From Parabacteroides sp. (GTDB lineage: Bacteria; Bacteroidota; Bacteroidia; Bacteroidales; Tannerellaceae): a stretch of DNA of 63,279 nt. The first letter of the stretch is position 1. Every line of letters begins with the position of its first letter. The notes beneath the pieces were generated by a model. That model saw only the letters and a program-made list of their open reading frames with translations, had not been told where the DNA came from and did no database searches. The stretch is taken from NCBI GenBank assembly GCA_020860905.1, contig JAJBTJ010000071.1, forward strand, positions 1 through 63,279, in the 5' to 3' direction. Below are positions 18,706-28,635 of this stretch, piece after piece. A program made the translations under genes and the position numbers.

Positions 18706-19782
18706 ATGGACATCAGGATACTTTGTTTCTCGGCCGATACCATCGAGTACGGAATGCTCGAGGAGCTGGCCAAACGAGGATTTACCATTTATATCGGCTT
18801 ACAGGAAAAGAGCTCGCTGCCCTCTTTCGTACGGCATTGCCAGGTCGTAGAGCTTCCTCCCTGCCGCTCCAAGCTTTCGTGGAAACTTATTCACACCCTT
18901 CGGCGCATCATCCGGGAAAAACACATCGATATTATTTATTCGGGGGCGAGCGCCGCCTTGTCGAACGCGCTCTTCGCTACGTTGGGAACACGGGTAAAAA
19001 ATGTAGGATACCGTGGAACGCAGGCCCGAATACGCCGCACCGACCCCACTTATTACCTGGCCGTACTGAATCCGCGCGTAAAACATATCGTGTGCGAAAC
19101 TGGCGACATCCGGCAATACCTGGCGCGTTTTATCCCGGCACGCAAATTATCGCTCAATACGAAGCCGTTCGATATTGCCTGGGTGGAAGATGCGCTCCGT
19201 AATCCGCTGCGTGTGGAGGAAGTGCCGGAAAAAGCGTTCAAGCTTATTTACATAGCCAATACGCAAGGGCGCCCTTACAAGGGGCTGGATATTTTGGTAG
19301 AAGCCTTGTTTTTACTGGAGGATGAAACGATTCATTTTACGTTTATCGGTACCTACGACCCGGAAATTTACCAAAAAGTACAACGCAGCAGCTGGCGTAA
19401 CCGCATCCATTTTTTAGGAGCCCGGCCGGATGCCGTTCATTTTTTGCCGGGACAGGATGTTTTTATCCTTCCTTCTACGCGCGATGCTTCGCCCCGTACG
19501 GTACGGGAAGCCATGGCATGCGGCGTTCCGTGCATCGTATCCGACATTCCGGGAACCCGCGATTTGATTGTCGACCGGGAAACCGGATTGCTGGTAGAGC
19601 CTGATAACCCGGCAGCCTTGGCGCAAGCCATTCGTTACCTGCAAAAAGAAGAAGAAAAACGGAAAGCCTTCGGTGCTGCTTCGCAGAAACGAATCGTGAA
19701 AAGTTTTTCACCGGAAAGTTATACCGCCAGTTTCGAGGACTTGTTCGCTGCGTTGGCACAAAGCCCGAAGAACCGGCGATAG
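18706..19782 (+). CDS. Glycosyltransferase family 4
   Basis: RPYKGLDIL, DVFILPS.RDASPRTVREAMACGVPCIVSDIPG..DLI...ETGLLV. Confidence 0.9.
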   Translation: MDIRILCFSADTIEYGMLEELAKRGFTIYIGLQEKSSLPSFVRHCQVVELPPCRSKLSWKLIHTLRRIIREKHIDIIYSGASAALSNALFATLGTRVKNVGYRGTQARIRRTDPTYYLAVLNPRVKHIVCETGDIRQYLARFIPARKLSLNTKPFDIAWVEDALRNPLRVEEVPEKAFKLIYIANTQGRPYKGLDILVEALFLLEDETIHFTFIGTYDPEIYQKVQRSSWRNRIHFLGARPDAVHFLPGQDVFILPSTRDASPRTVREAMACGVPCIVSDIPGTRDLIVDRETGLLVEPDNPAALAQAIRYLQKEEEKRKAFGAASQKRIVKSFSPESYTASFEDLFAALAQSPKNRR

Positions 19783-19822
19783 CTGGCCGATTCAGTTGCA
19801 TGAGCGGTAAACAGATAAGTTG

Positions 19823-20220
19823 ATTCCGGAAATCATACGATATAGGCAATTGGTTATCCACAAAATCAATTGCTTATATCGTATCTTAAGTACCCCCCGA
19901 AAACGAGGTTTGAAGGCCCGAACGGGGATAATCCGAACGAAAAATACAAGATAAAAACTGTATCCCTTTTTTAAAAGCGATTCGTTCACCGGATTTATTC
20001 TTTTTTATGCTGAACGAAAACCGGTTTTATGTGGATAAAAACTGTATCCGCAGTACTGCGGATGTTCGTCCGCAGCCTGCGGACGGACATCCGTAACTTA
20101 AGGACGGACATCCGCAAGCTAAGGATACAGTTTTCATGGCGATGAACAGAGAAAAAGGACAGCCGGAAACCGGGTTTATCCGGGTAAGCCGGAAAAAAGT
20201 GCCTATTTACTGAAATTCCG
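19823..20220 (+). mobile_element. ~400-bp non-autonomous (MITE-like) repeat element, copy 1
   Basis: Roughly 90% or more identical by eye to the reverse complement of 59982-60378; flanked by direct repeat AAACAGATAAGTTG (19809-19822 and 20222-20235); no credible ORF. Confidence 0.75.
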
Positions 20221-20278
20221 GAAACAGATAAGTTGGTTCCAGATACCGGCTACGGACAACGGTAGTAAGAGGATACCG

Positions 20279-21031
20279 CTAAACCGGCTCGCCCAAATCG
20301 AAAGGAAGCGGATGCGAGCGGGTGTAGGCTTTCCAGAATTTATTCCGTTTTTCCATTATCAACTGGAAACACTCGCCGGCATCGAAATTACGCATCCGGG
20401 CATATTCATCGGCTATTATCCTGAAAAAGTCCGGACGTCCCCACAACCGGGCGAAATTCGCACATCCTTTTTCCAGGCCTGTTTCCTCGAACTTCATCCG
20501 GTTTATATCCACCAACATAAAACGGATTTGTCTGTCTTTCTTTTCAAATAAAATATTGCCGGGCGAATAGTCGGCATGGCAAATGCCTGCTTCATGCAAA
20601 CGGGCCGTATACCGGGCAAACGCCCGGATAATATCTTCGCGCCCCTCTACCGGCCCTTCGCCGAACTCATAAAACCGCCTCGTGTACGGCGACTGGATGC
20701 TGATAAAATAACTCTGCCGGATCAATCCGTATTTTTTTAACAGGATATAGCCTACCGGCTCGGGGGTGTCGAACCCTTTATCTAATAATTCAAAAGCATA
20801 CCGGTAAGCCCGTAACACTTTTGCCGGACGCACGAACGTATAAACCAACCGATTAAAAAAAGAAGGTGTTTTGTATTGTTTTACGTTTATCGGGAAGGAA
20901 GATTCAAATACCTTAATTTCATTCCGGCTTTTATAAATCGTTTTTCCTTCTACCGGGAACCGGTCGGGTATACTACCAATAAAATCTTTAAGCCGGTCGT
21001 ATTTCGGATTAATAACTACTTCTATCTGCAT
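20279..21031 (-). CDS. Lipopolysaccharide kinase (Kdo/WaaP/InaA family)
   Basis: IYKSRNEIK, TPEPVGY, LHEAGICHADYSPGNIL, LVDINRM. Confidence 0.88.
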   Translation of the reverse strand: MQIEVVINPKYDRLKDFIGSIPDRFPVEGKTIYKSRNEIKVFESSFPINVKQYKTPSFFNRLVYTFVRPAKVLRAYRYAFELLDKGFDTPEPVGYILLKKYGLIRQSYFISIQSPYTRRFYEFGEGPVEGREDIIRAFARYTARLHEAGICHADYSPGNILFEKKDRQIRFMLVDINRMKFEETGLEKGCANFARLWGRPDFFRIIADEYARMRNFDAGECFQLIMEKRNKFWKAYTRSHPLPFDLGEPV

Positions 21032-21071
21032 AAGGTACTTCTTTAAACGTATTCAACCATCCGTTCGGTGT

Positions 21072-21967
21072 TTATTTCCATAAAGTATTTGCCAAAGCGC
21101 TTTTTTTAAACAAATAAAAAAATTGCTTGACGCGACTCCGAAGCAAATCTTTTTGCAATGCAATCCGGTTTATCTTCCCGGCACAACCCGGGTCGAAGGG
21201 TTCGCCTCGGTGTAAAATTCCCCGCATAAACGAAGCTGAAGTGATGCCCCACTTGGATAAAAACTGGCGGCTACCGTCATTTTTTCTCACTCGTCCGGTA
21301 GAGCGGGCTTCGAAATGATACACCCGGCTGGCCGACAACCCTTTGAACAGCCGTACCCCAGCCATCCAAAGTTTGGCTGAAAAATCAGGGTCGCTGTACA
21401 TACCCGGCGAAAACTCCACGCTGTATCCGCCCACCCGGTCCCACAATGACGTATGAACTACATTAGGAGGCCAGGTAGCGCCACACCAGTCGGGATGGTC
21501 GAACAAACGAAACTTGGCCAGTAATTCCTTCTCGCGGAAAGTATTTAGACTATCGCCGAAATCAGCCGGGGCGATTACGCTTTTGCAAAAGAAAGGACGG
21601 GGTTGAAGCAATGTTGCCGACAAGAAAAAATTAGTATCGGGTAACTTTTCAATTTCCTGCCATAACACTTCGTCCCAGCCCGGACATACATATCATCGTT
21701 CATATAAAGAATGTACTCGGTCTTTACCAACGAACGAAGCCCGTTCAAAGCCCAACAAACGCCGATGTTTTCTTTACTGTAGTTATATTTGTATCCGCTT
21801 TGTTTTACCCATTCCAAGGTTCCGTCGGAACCTTCATTGACATGAATCAGTATCTGATGGGTATAAGTGGAGTTTTTCCGTATACTTTCCAGGCATAAGC
21901 GGAGGTACCCTAAATTGTTCCAAGTAGGAATCAGTATAGAAAATAGGGAATTATTCGTTTCCATCAT
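21072..21967 (-). pseudogene. Glycosyltransferase family 2, frameshifted at ~21684-21691
   Basis: The N-half (SILIPTWNN...YMNDDMYV) and C-half (PGWDEVLWQEIEK...SDPDFSAKLW...VYHF) lie in different frames, joined at an (ATGT)2 repeat. Confidence 0.85.
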
Positions 21968-21974
21968 ACAAAAA

Positions 21975-23000
21975 TTATAAGTAAGATTTTATTTTACGGA
22001 GAATCGTTTCCGGCTCTATCTGCGCCATGCACGCCCAGTCGCCCCGGAAACAGGGTTTATCGCCGAAAACAGAGCATGGCCGGCACGGCAATGCCGACTG
22101 AATACAATTGCCCGCTTCTTGTTTCCAGCCGTAAAAACCGGCGTACGGATGGGTGGCGCCCCAAACCGAAACCACCGGGGTACCCACTAACGAAGCGAAG
22201 TGCATGTTGGCCGAATCCATCGAGAACAGCACATCGAGGCGGCTGATAAGCGCCAGCTCCGTATCGAGCGGGTAACGTCCTACCACGGAGATAACATTCG
22301 GGTACACGGAAGCCCAATGCGTCAGGATAATTTCTTCTTCTCCCCGGCCGCCGAACAGGAAAACGGTGTTTCCTTCCTGCCGGGCTAACGTCTCCACGAT
22401 TTGCTCGGTTCGCTCGATGGGATAAATCTTACCCGGATGACGGGCAAACGGGGCGATTCCTATCCAGTTTCCTTGCTTAACTCCTACGGTAGCCTCCATG
22501 GCGGCAATATCGGCAGGATGGTCGCGGAACAACGAAACGAACGTTTCCTCGTAAGCCAGCCCGGCTTCCCGGAACACATCTATATAACGGTCGATTACCG
22601 GACGTAACGGCTGCATCACTTTTCCGTTGCGGCTCGTCAGCGCGCTGCGCCCTTTCCGGTTCTTATCGAATATAAATACAGGTATGCCTTTCAGCCGGAA
22701 AAAAGTGCGGATAACCCGCGTGCGGAGCACATCGTGCAAATCGAGTACTTTATCGTATCGCTGCCTCGCCAGCACCGCGGCAAACCGGAGCAGGCCGCTT
22801 AACTTATGCTCCCGGCCGCGGGTATTGATACCGATTACTTCCACATTGGCCGGAGGATGGATAAACAGCGGTTTCAGGAAGGCCTGGGTAACAACTGTAA
22901 ACGTATGGCCGGGATTCGACCGGGCGGCCGAATAAATTACCGGAATGGTCATCGCCACGTCGCCGATAGCCGATATACGCAATACTAAAATGCGGGCCAT
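21975..23000 (-). CDS. Glycosyltransferase family 9 (heptosyltransferase-like)
   Basis: LRISAIGDVAMTIP, DLHDVLRT, SMDSANMHFAS..GTPVVSVWGATHP, CRPCSVFG.K.C. Confidence 0.92.
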   Translation of the reverse strand: MARILVLRISAIGDVAMTIPVIYSAARSNPGHTFTVVTQAFLKPLFIHPPANVEVIGINTRGREHKLSGLLRFAAVLARQRYDKVLDLHDVLRTRVIRTFFRLKGIPVFIFDKNRKGRSALTSRNGKVMQPLRPVIDRYIDVFREAGLAYEETFVSLFRDHPADIAAMEATVGVKQGNWIGIAPFARHPGKIYPIERTEQIVETLARQEGNTVFLFGGRGEEEIILTHWASVYPNVISVVGRYPLDTELALISRLDVLFSMDSANMHFASLVGTPVVSVWGATHPYAGFYGWKQEAGNCIQSALPCRPCSVFGDKPCFRGDWACMAQIEPETILRKIKSYL

Positions 23001-23605
23001 TATTTTTTTGCGTACAATACCGGATTGAGGGCCGGATCGTTATACATCTTCATCTGTTTGTACACTTTCATGTATTTCCGGCCTGCGGCCATATCGTCGA
23101 GTAACTGGTCGAGCGCGGAAGAAAGGTCGGCATGCTGTTCCTCCAGTACGGCTAATTTCTGCCGGCACCGGTCTCTGTGCCCGGCTGGCGCTTCGGGGCG
23201 GGCCGCTTCTTGCCGCATGTGGTAAATCTTCAGGATTAAAATCGAAAGGCGATCGACCGCCCAGGCGGGGCTTTCGGTGTTAATCGTTGCTTCCGGCAGC
23301 GGCGCAACCGTTTTATACCGTTCGAGGAAATAGCTGTCGATTCGTTCTACCAGGTCGGTACGGTCTTGATTCGACTTGTCGATACGGCGCTTGATGGCCA
23401 AGGCTTCTACCGGCTCGATAGCCGGGTTCCGGATAATATCCTCGAGGTGCCACTGTACGGCGTCGATCCAATTCTTCAGATAAAGGCAATATTCGATGCT
23501 TTCGGCCGGATACGGGTTCTGCATGGGGGCATCCACATAATCGGTTACATGGTACGCTTCCGTGGCCTCACGGAAAATGCCGGTACTGAGTTCGCTGAAG
23601 TTCAT
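23000..23605 (-). CDS. DUF4254 family protein
   Basis: KNWIDAVQWHLEDIIR, INTESPAWAVDRLSIL, YKQMKMYNDP.LNPVLY. Confidence 0.88.
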   Translation of the reverse strand: MNFSELSTGIFREATEAYHVTDYVDAPMQNPYPAESIEYCLYLKNWIDAVQWHLEDIIRNPAIEPVEALAIKRRIDKSNQDRTDLVERIDSYFLERYKTVAPLPEATINTESPAWAVDRLSILILKIYHMRQEAARPEAPAGHRDRCRQKLAVLEEQHADLSSALDQLLDDMAAGRKYMKVYKQMKMYNDPALNPVLYAKK

Positions 23606-23875
23606 AAACAAAAGGGTTTGAGGCAACGGTTACCCCGTTGCTGTTAGGATAGCAAAAATAGTAAAAACTTTGGTTCGGGCGGTATAAATCCGCACGGGGA
23701 TGCTTTAAAGAAGCAGAAAACAAGTGTAACCGGGCCGTAATAAGCCTATGGAAACCGGATAAATCGGATAAGGATACTCGGCTGTTCGTTACGGATTCTT
23801 TAAACTTAATTAAAACCTCAAATCCGTCCGGTTCGGGTTATTGGCGTACCTTTGCATAAACCAACCGATATAACG

Positions 23876-24985
23876 ATGATTATAGTAGCCGATAATACCG
23901 TACCTTATCTGAAAGGGGTGGCGGAACCGTTTGCCGAGATGCGGTACATCGCCTCGAACGAATTTACCCGCGAAAACGTGCGCGACGCGGATGCACTTAT
24001 CGTGCGCAGCATCGATAAATGTACCCGGCAACTGCTGGAAGGAAGCCGGATTAAGCTGATTACCACGGCTACCATCGGATTCGACCACATCGACATCCGG
24101 TATTGCGACGAAGCGGGTATCGAATGGCGAAACGCACCGGGATGCAATGCCGTTTCGGTAGCCCAGTATGTATTAGCATCGCTGATTGTAACCGCCCGGA
24201 AAACAGGCGAGCCGTTACGCGGAAAAACGCTCGGTATCGTAGGCGTAGGGCACGTGGGTACCCAGGTAGAACGGATGGCACGGGCATACGGCTTGCGGAT
24301 TCTACGTAACGACCCGCCCCGGGCGCTGGCCGAAAAAGACGGTTCGTTCGTAGATTTACTTACCGTAGCGCGGGAAGCCGATATCATTACGTTCCATACG
24401 CCGCTTACCAAAGAGGGGGCGTTCCCGACTTATCACCTGGCCGGAAAAGAATTTTTCGGGCAACTGAAAAAACGGCCCTGGTTTATCAATGCTTCGCGGG
24501 GCGCCGTACACGACACGACCGCTTTACTGGAAGCGAAAAAAAGTGGCCGGGTATCGGAATTGATTCTCGACTGTTGGGAAAACGAGCCGGCTATCGACCG
24601 CGAATTATTGTCGCTTACCACGGTGGCTACCCCGCATATCGCAGGTTTTTCGGCCGACGGAAAAGCGAACGGCACCCGGATGTGTCTCGAAGCCATCGGA
24701 CGTTTTTTCAACCAGGAAATAACCCGTATCGGCCAGGTAACCCCTCCCCCGCCCGCCTGTCCGGTAATCGACCTCGACCGCTGGGGAAACGAGCGGATAG
24801 AAGAAGCCGTTCTTTGCAGTTTTAATCCGGTAACGGTAGACAGGGCTTTGCGCGAAACGCCGGAAAAGTTCGAATATTTCCGGAATCACTACGACCATCC
24901 TCACGAATTCGGCGCTTATACCCTGCTTCATGCTACGCCGGCAGAGAAAGAATTGGCCGGTACATTAGGGTTCCGCACAGCCTGA
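23876..24985 (+). CDS. pdxB: 4-phosphoerythronate dehydrogenase
   Basis: ADALIVRS, TATIGFDHID, NAPGCNA.SV, GIVGVGHVG, LDCWENEP, TPHIAGFSADGK. Confidence 0.93.
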   Translation: MIIVADNTVPYLKGVAEPFAEMRYIASNEFTRENVRDADALIVRSIDKCTRQLLEGSRIKLITTATIGFDHIDIRYCDEAGIEWRNAPGCNAVSVAQYVLASLIVTARKTGEPLRGKTLGIVGVGHVGTQVERMARAYGLRILRNDPPRALAEKDGSFVDLLTVAREADIITFHTPLTKEGAFPTYHLAGKEFFGQLKKRPWFINASRGAVHDTTALLEAKKSGRVSELILDCWENEPAIDRELLSLTTVATPHIAGFSADGKANGTRMCLEAIGRFFNQEITRIGQVTPPPPACPVIDLDRWGNERIEEAVLCSFNPVTVDRALRETPEKFEYFRNHYDHPHEFGAYTLLHATPAEKELAGTLGFRTA

Positions 24986-25433
24986 CCCGGCGTTTTTCGA
25001 TACCTAACAAGTCACACGGACAAGTAATCCGAAATGCTTGTTCATGTGATTGTTTATTTTTGAAGTATTCTCGTTTTTTATTCGCTTATGCCGGGATTTT
25101 TCTACTCCGGATTTTTATTATTCCTTCGTACCATCCGAACCAGGCCGACCGGCTTTCTTTTTCTCACTCCTACCTTTACCGATTCCCCAACCGGAAAAGC
25201 TGCCGGATGCCTGTCTTCGTTCCGTAACAGAAAATACAAAACCGTTACTTACCCGGCATACGCGGAAAACGGTTTGCAATCCGGAAGCCGGAATGTTGCA
25301 ACTGTATTAAAAATACGGAGTTGGATAATCGGTGCACATCAAATAGACAAAATTCATACCTGCCAGGGCTTGTTCTCTTCTACATTTGGCATGTAAATAA
25401 TAACCTAAAATTATTCATCAATCCAGTATTATT

Positions 25434-28400
25434 ATGAGTAACGAATTTCATTATTTCCACGCATCGAAAAAACTGGTATTAGGGGCTTCCATGCTGCTGG
25501 TATCGGCAGGACTGGCAGCTGTCAATCCTTCGATGGAAGGATCGGGTTCGCCCGAACCCGGCCGGGTTGCGGTGCCGCAACAGGCAAAATATACCATAAA
25601 AGGGATAGTAGAAGACCTGTTAGGCCCGGTAACCGGTGCAAACGTGGTTGAAAAAGGCACTACCAACGGAACGATAACCGATATCGACGGGAATTTCACG
25701 TTAGACGTATCGCCCAATTCCGTACTGGTTATTTCGTTTATCGGCTACAAGGAACAACAGGTTCCGGTAAACAATCAAACTGTATTCCGCATCAAGCTGA
25801 TCGAAGATTCGCAGGCATTGGACGAAGTAGTGGTAGTAGGCTACGGCGTCGATAAAAAAGTAAATCTTACCGGTTCGGTAGCCAGCATCAAGATGGACGA
25901 ACTGGCCGACAGCCGGCCGATGACCGATGTTTCGCAAGGGTTGGCGGGGATGGCTGCCGGCGTACAGGTAACATCGAGCTCGAACAAGCCGGGCGATAAC
26001 ACGGCTTCTATTATGATTCGCGGACAGGGTACGCTGAATAATGCAGCTCCCCTGGTAATTATCGACGGGGTGGAAGGTTCGCTCAACAGCGTAGCTCCGC
26101 AGGATATCGAAAGCTTGTCGGTACTGAAAGACGCCGCCTCGGCTGCTATTTACGGTTCGCGCGCGGCTAACGGGGTAGTATTGATTACCACCCGTACCGG
26201 AAAACAGGGGAAAGTAAAAATAGATTATAACGGGTATTTGTCGTGGGAATCGGTAGGCAAAACATTCGATTTGGTATCGAATTATGCCGATTACATGGAT
26301 TTAATTAACGAAGGATACCTCCACTCGAACCAACCCGCTAAATATTCGGACAAAATTATTCAGGAATGGCGCGCCAACGAAGGGGGCGATGCGTTGAAAT
26401 ATCCGAATACCGACCTGATGGACGCCATGTTCAAAACCTCGCTCAGTAACAACCATACGCTTTCGGTAAGCGGCGGCTCAGACAAGTTCCGGTTCTATAC
26501 TTCGTTCGGTTATCTCAATACGCCGGGGGTAATGGACAATTCGGGATACGAAAAGTACCAAGCGCGCGTAAACCTCGAAATGGATGTAAAGCCGTGGCTC
26601 AAGCTGGGTGCCAACATGAATGGTTATATGGCTTTTACGGAACAGGGTACCAACAAAATGGAAGATGTGTTTACGTATGCGGCAGCTACTTCGCCGGGAA
26701 TGGTATTCCAAGCTCCCGACGGCCGCTTCGGGGGAATGAACAACGACGAAGACGATCCGCAGAATGCAGCTAACAACCCGCTGTGGCGACTTAACAGCAC
26801 CGAAGGCAAAATAGAAAACCGGTACATCAAAACACGCTTTTTCGGGACGCTTACGCCGTTCAAGGGGTTTACGTTGACCGGATCGTTCAATTATGCATTC
26901 CGGAACAAAGTCGATGATTCGAAGCCTATTTTCCTGGAACGATGGAATTTCCTCAGCAACACGTTGAGCTCTACCGGCATCGTGCAAACTTCCATCACGA
27001 ACAGCGATTACAAATGGAACAACTATACGATGGACTTGGTAGCCAGTTACAATAACAAGGTGTCGAAACTCGAGTACACCGTTATGGCCGGTGCCAGCCA
27101 GGAATTGTTCCGTTACAAATGGCTTAAAACCAGCAAGCAAGACTTGCTCGACGTAGGACTCAACTCGCTCGACGGCGCAACGGGAGCCGCCAGCTCGTCG
27201 GGAAATACGGTCGAATGGGCGATGCGTTCGTATTTCGGTCGAATCAAGCTGAACTGGAGCGATAAATATTTAGCCGAATTCAACCTTCGCGCCGACGGCT
27301 CGTCGCGTTTCCTTAAAGACAATCGTTGGGGATATTTCCCTTCCGGGTCGGCAGCGTGGCGTATAAGTGAAGAAGGATTTATGAAAGACTGGGCGCCTTC
27401 CGCACAATTGAGCAACCTGAAATTACGGGCTTCATACGGAACATTAGGTAACAACGCATTACGAAGTACGAATGCCGACATCGAAGGTAACTACGATGCC
27501 CAATCCTTGTATTCGGTATCGAATTATGTATTGAATAATGCCATCGCGATGGGGGTTGCCCGGAAAAGTATCCCGAACGGAAACCTTACCTGGGAAAAAA
27601 CGAAAATCCTGAACATAGGACTGGATATGGGTTTCTTCGACAACCGTCTGACCGGTACCGTAGAATATTTCCATAAAAAAACGAAAGATATACTGATAGA
27701 CCTGCCGGCTCCGCTGGTAAACGGCAATGCGGATATTCCCCGCCAGAATGCCGGTGTTGTGGTAAACAAGGGAGTAGAACTTACGGTAGGCTGGCAAGAC
27801 CAGTTGCGCGACTTTTCGTATTTCGTGAATGCAAATGCTACTTTCCTGGATAACAAAGTAACCAAATTCAAAGGAAATGAAAGTTCTATCGACGTAGCCA
27901 ATATGATCGTGGAAGGACAGGCTATCAACGTGCAATACGGGTACCGGGTAGACCGGATTATCCAGACACAGGCTGATTTGGATTATGTACAACAATTCGT
28001 TGACAACACGCCTATCGACCCGGCCACCGGAACGCCTAAAAAAACGTTTCCCGGCAACCGTCCCGAGCTGGGTGACTTTATGTACAAGGATTTGAACCAC
28101 GACGGTGTAATAAACGATGAAGACCGTGAAATAATCGGGCACGGGCCTACGCCGAAGTTTACCTTCGGGCTCAACATAGGCGCAGCATACAAAGGATTCG
28201 ATTTTTCCATGCTGGTTCAAGGTGTAACGGGTATTGAAATGTATTGGCAGGATACGTATTTCCGTCCGTCGGTACGCCAGGGATATCAGCTAAACAAAAA
28301 AATTACTGACGGACGCTGGCATGAAAACATACAAGGACAAGCTACTTATCCGCGCCTGCTGGAACACAGCGATACCCGGAATACGTTGGCCAGCGATTTC

Positions 28401-28622
28401 TGGATACAAAACAAATCGTTCGTAAAAATCCGGAATATCCAGTTAGGCTATACGCTTCCGCAGAGCCTGTTGCCGAATATCGCCATAGACAGGCTCCGCA
28501 TCTATACCAGCCTGGAAAACTTCTTTACGTTTACCAAATACGATGGGCTCGACCCGGAAGTAAGCGGGGTAGATTACCCGGCAATGAAACAAGTGGTGTT
28601 GGGTGTCAATCTTTCATTTTAA
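25434..28622 (+). CDS. SusC/RagA TonB-dependent outer-membrane transporter
   Basis: GTTNGTITDIDGNF, LDEVVVVGYG, VLKDAASAAIYGSRAANGVVLITT, R.DGSSRF...RWGYFPS, C-terminal F. Confidence 0.96.
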   Translation: MSNEFHYFHASKKLVLGASMLLVSAGLAAVNPSMEGSGSPEPGRVAVPQQAKYTIKGIVEDLLGPVTGANVVEKGTTNGTITDIDGNFTLDVSPNSVLVISFIGYKEQQVPVNNQTVFRIKLIEDSQALDEVVVVGYGVDKKVNLTGSVASIKMDELADSRPMTDVSQGLAGMAAGVQVTSSSNKPGDNTASIMIRGQGTLNNAAPLVIIDGVEGSLNSVAPQDIESLSVLKDAASAAIYGSRAANGVVLITTRTGKQGKVKIDYNGYLSWESVGKTFDLVSNYADYMDLINEGYLHSNQPAKYSDKIIQEWRANEGGDALKYPNTDLMDAMFKTSLSNNHTLSVSGGSDKFRFYTSFGYLNTPGVMDNSGYEKYQARVNLEMDVKPWLKLGANMNGYMAFTEQGTNKMEDVFTYAAATSPGMVFQAPDGRFGGMNNDEDDPQNAANNPLWRLNSTEGKIENRYIKTRFFGTLTPFKGFTLTGSFNYAFRNKVDDSKPIFLERWNFLSNTLSSTGIVQTSITNSDYKWNNYTMDLVASYNNKVSKLEYTVMAGASQELFRYKWLKTSKQDLLDVGLNSLDGATGAASSSGNTVEWAMRSYFGRIKLNWSDKYLAEFNLRADGSSRFLKDNRWGYFPSGSAAWRISEEGFMKDWAPSAQLSNLKLRASYGTLGNNALRSTNADIEGNYDAQSLYSVSNYVLNNAIAMGVARKSIPNGNLTWEKTKILNIGLDMGFFDNRLTGTVEYFHKKTKDILIDLPAPLVNGNADIPRQNAGVVVNKGVELTVGWQDQLRDFSYFVNANATFLDNKVTKFKGNESSIDVANMIVEGQAINVQYGYRVDRIIQTQADLDYVQQFVDNTPIDPATGTPKKTFPGNRPELGDFMYKDLNHDGVINDEDREIIGHGPTPKFTFGLNIGAAYKGFDFSMLVQGVTGIEMYWQDTYFRPSVRQGYQLNKKITDGRWHENIQGQATYPRLLEHSDTRNTLASDFWIQNKSFVKIRNIQLGYTLPQSLLPNIAIDRLRIYTSLENFFTFTKYDGLDPEVSGVDYPAMKQVVLGVNLSF

Positions 28623-28635
28623 AAATCGAAGAGTC

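Noticed and set aside
20037-20134. Possible mini-CRISPR in the 21-bp units
   Set aside because: The spacers are only 6 bp and are themselves repeated.
19823-20220. Chromosomal oriC
   Set aside because: There are only two DnaA boxes, the sequence is duplicated elsewhere, and the context is a glycan locus.
28603-28635. Extended N-termini from the ORF track (SusD, ychF 857, ruvB 47767, kdsD 36758, GT4 18428, HIT 54209)
   Set aside because: Downstream ATGs match the family N-termini or signal peptides, and the extensions overlap promoters or neighbouring genes.
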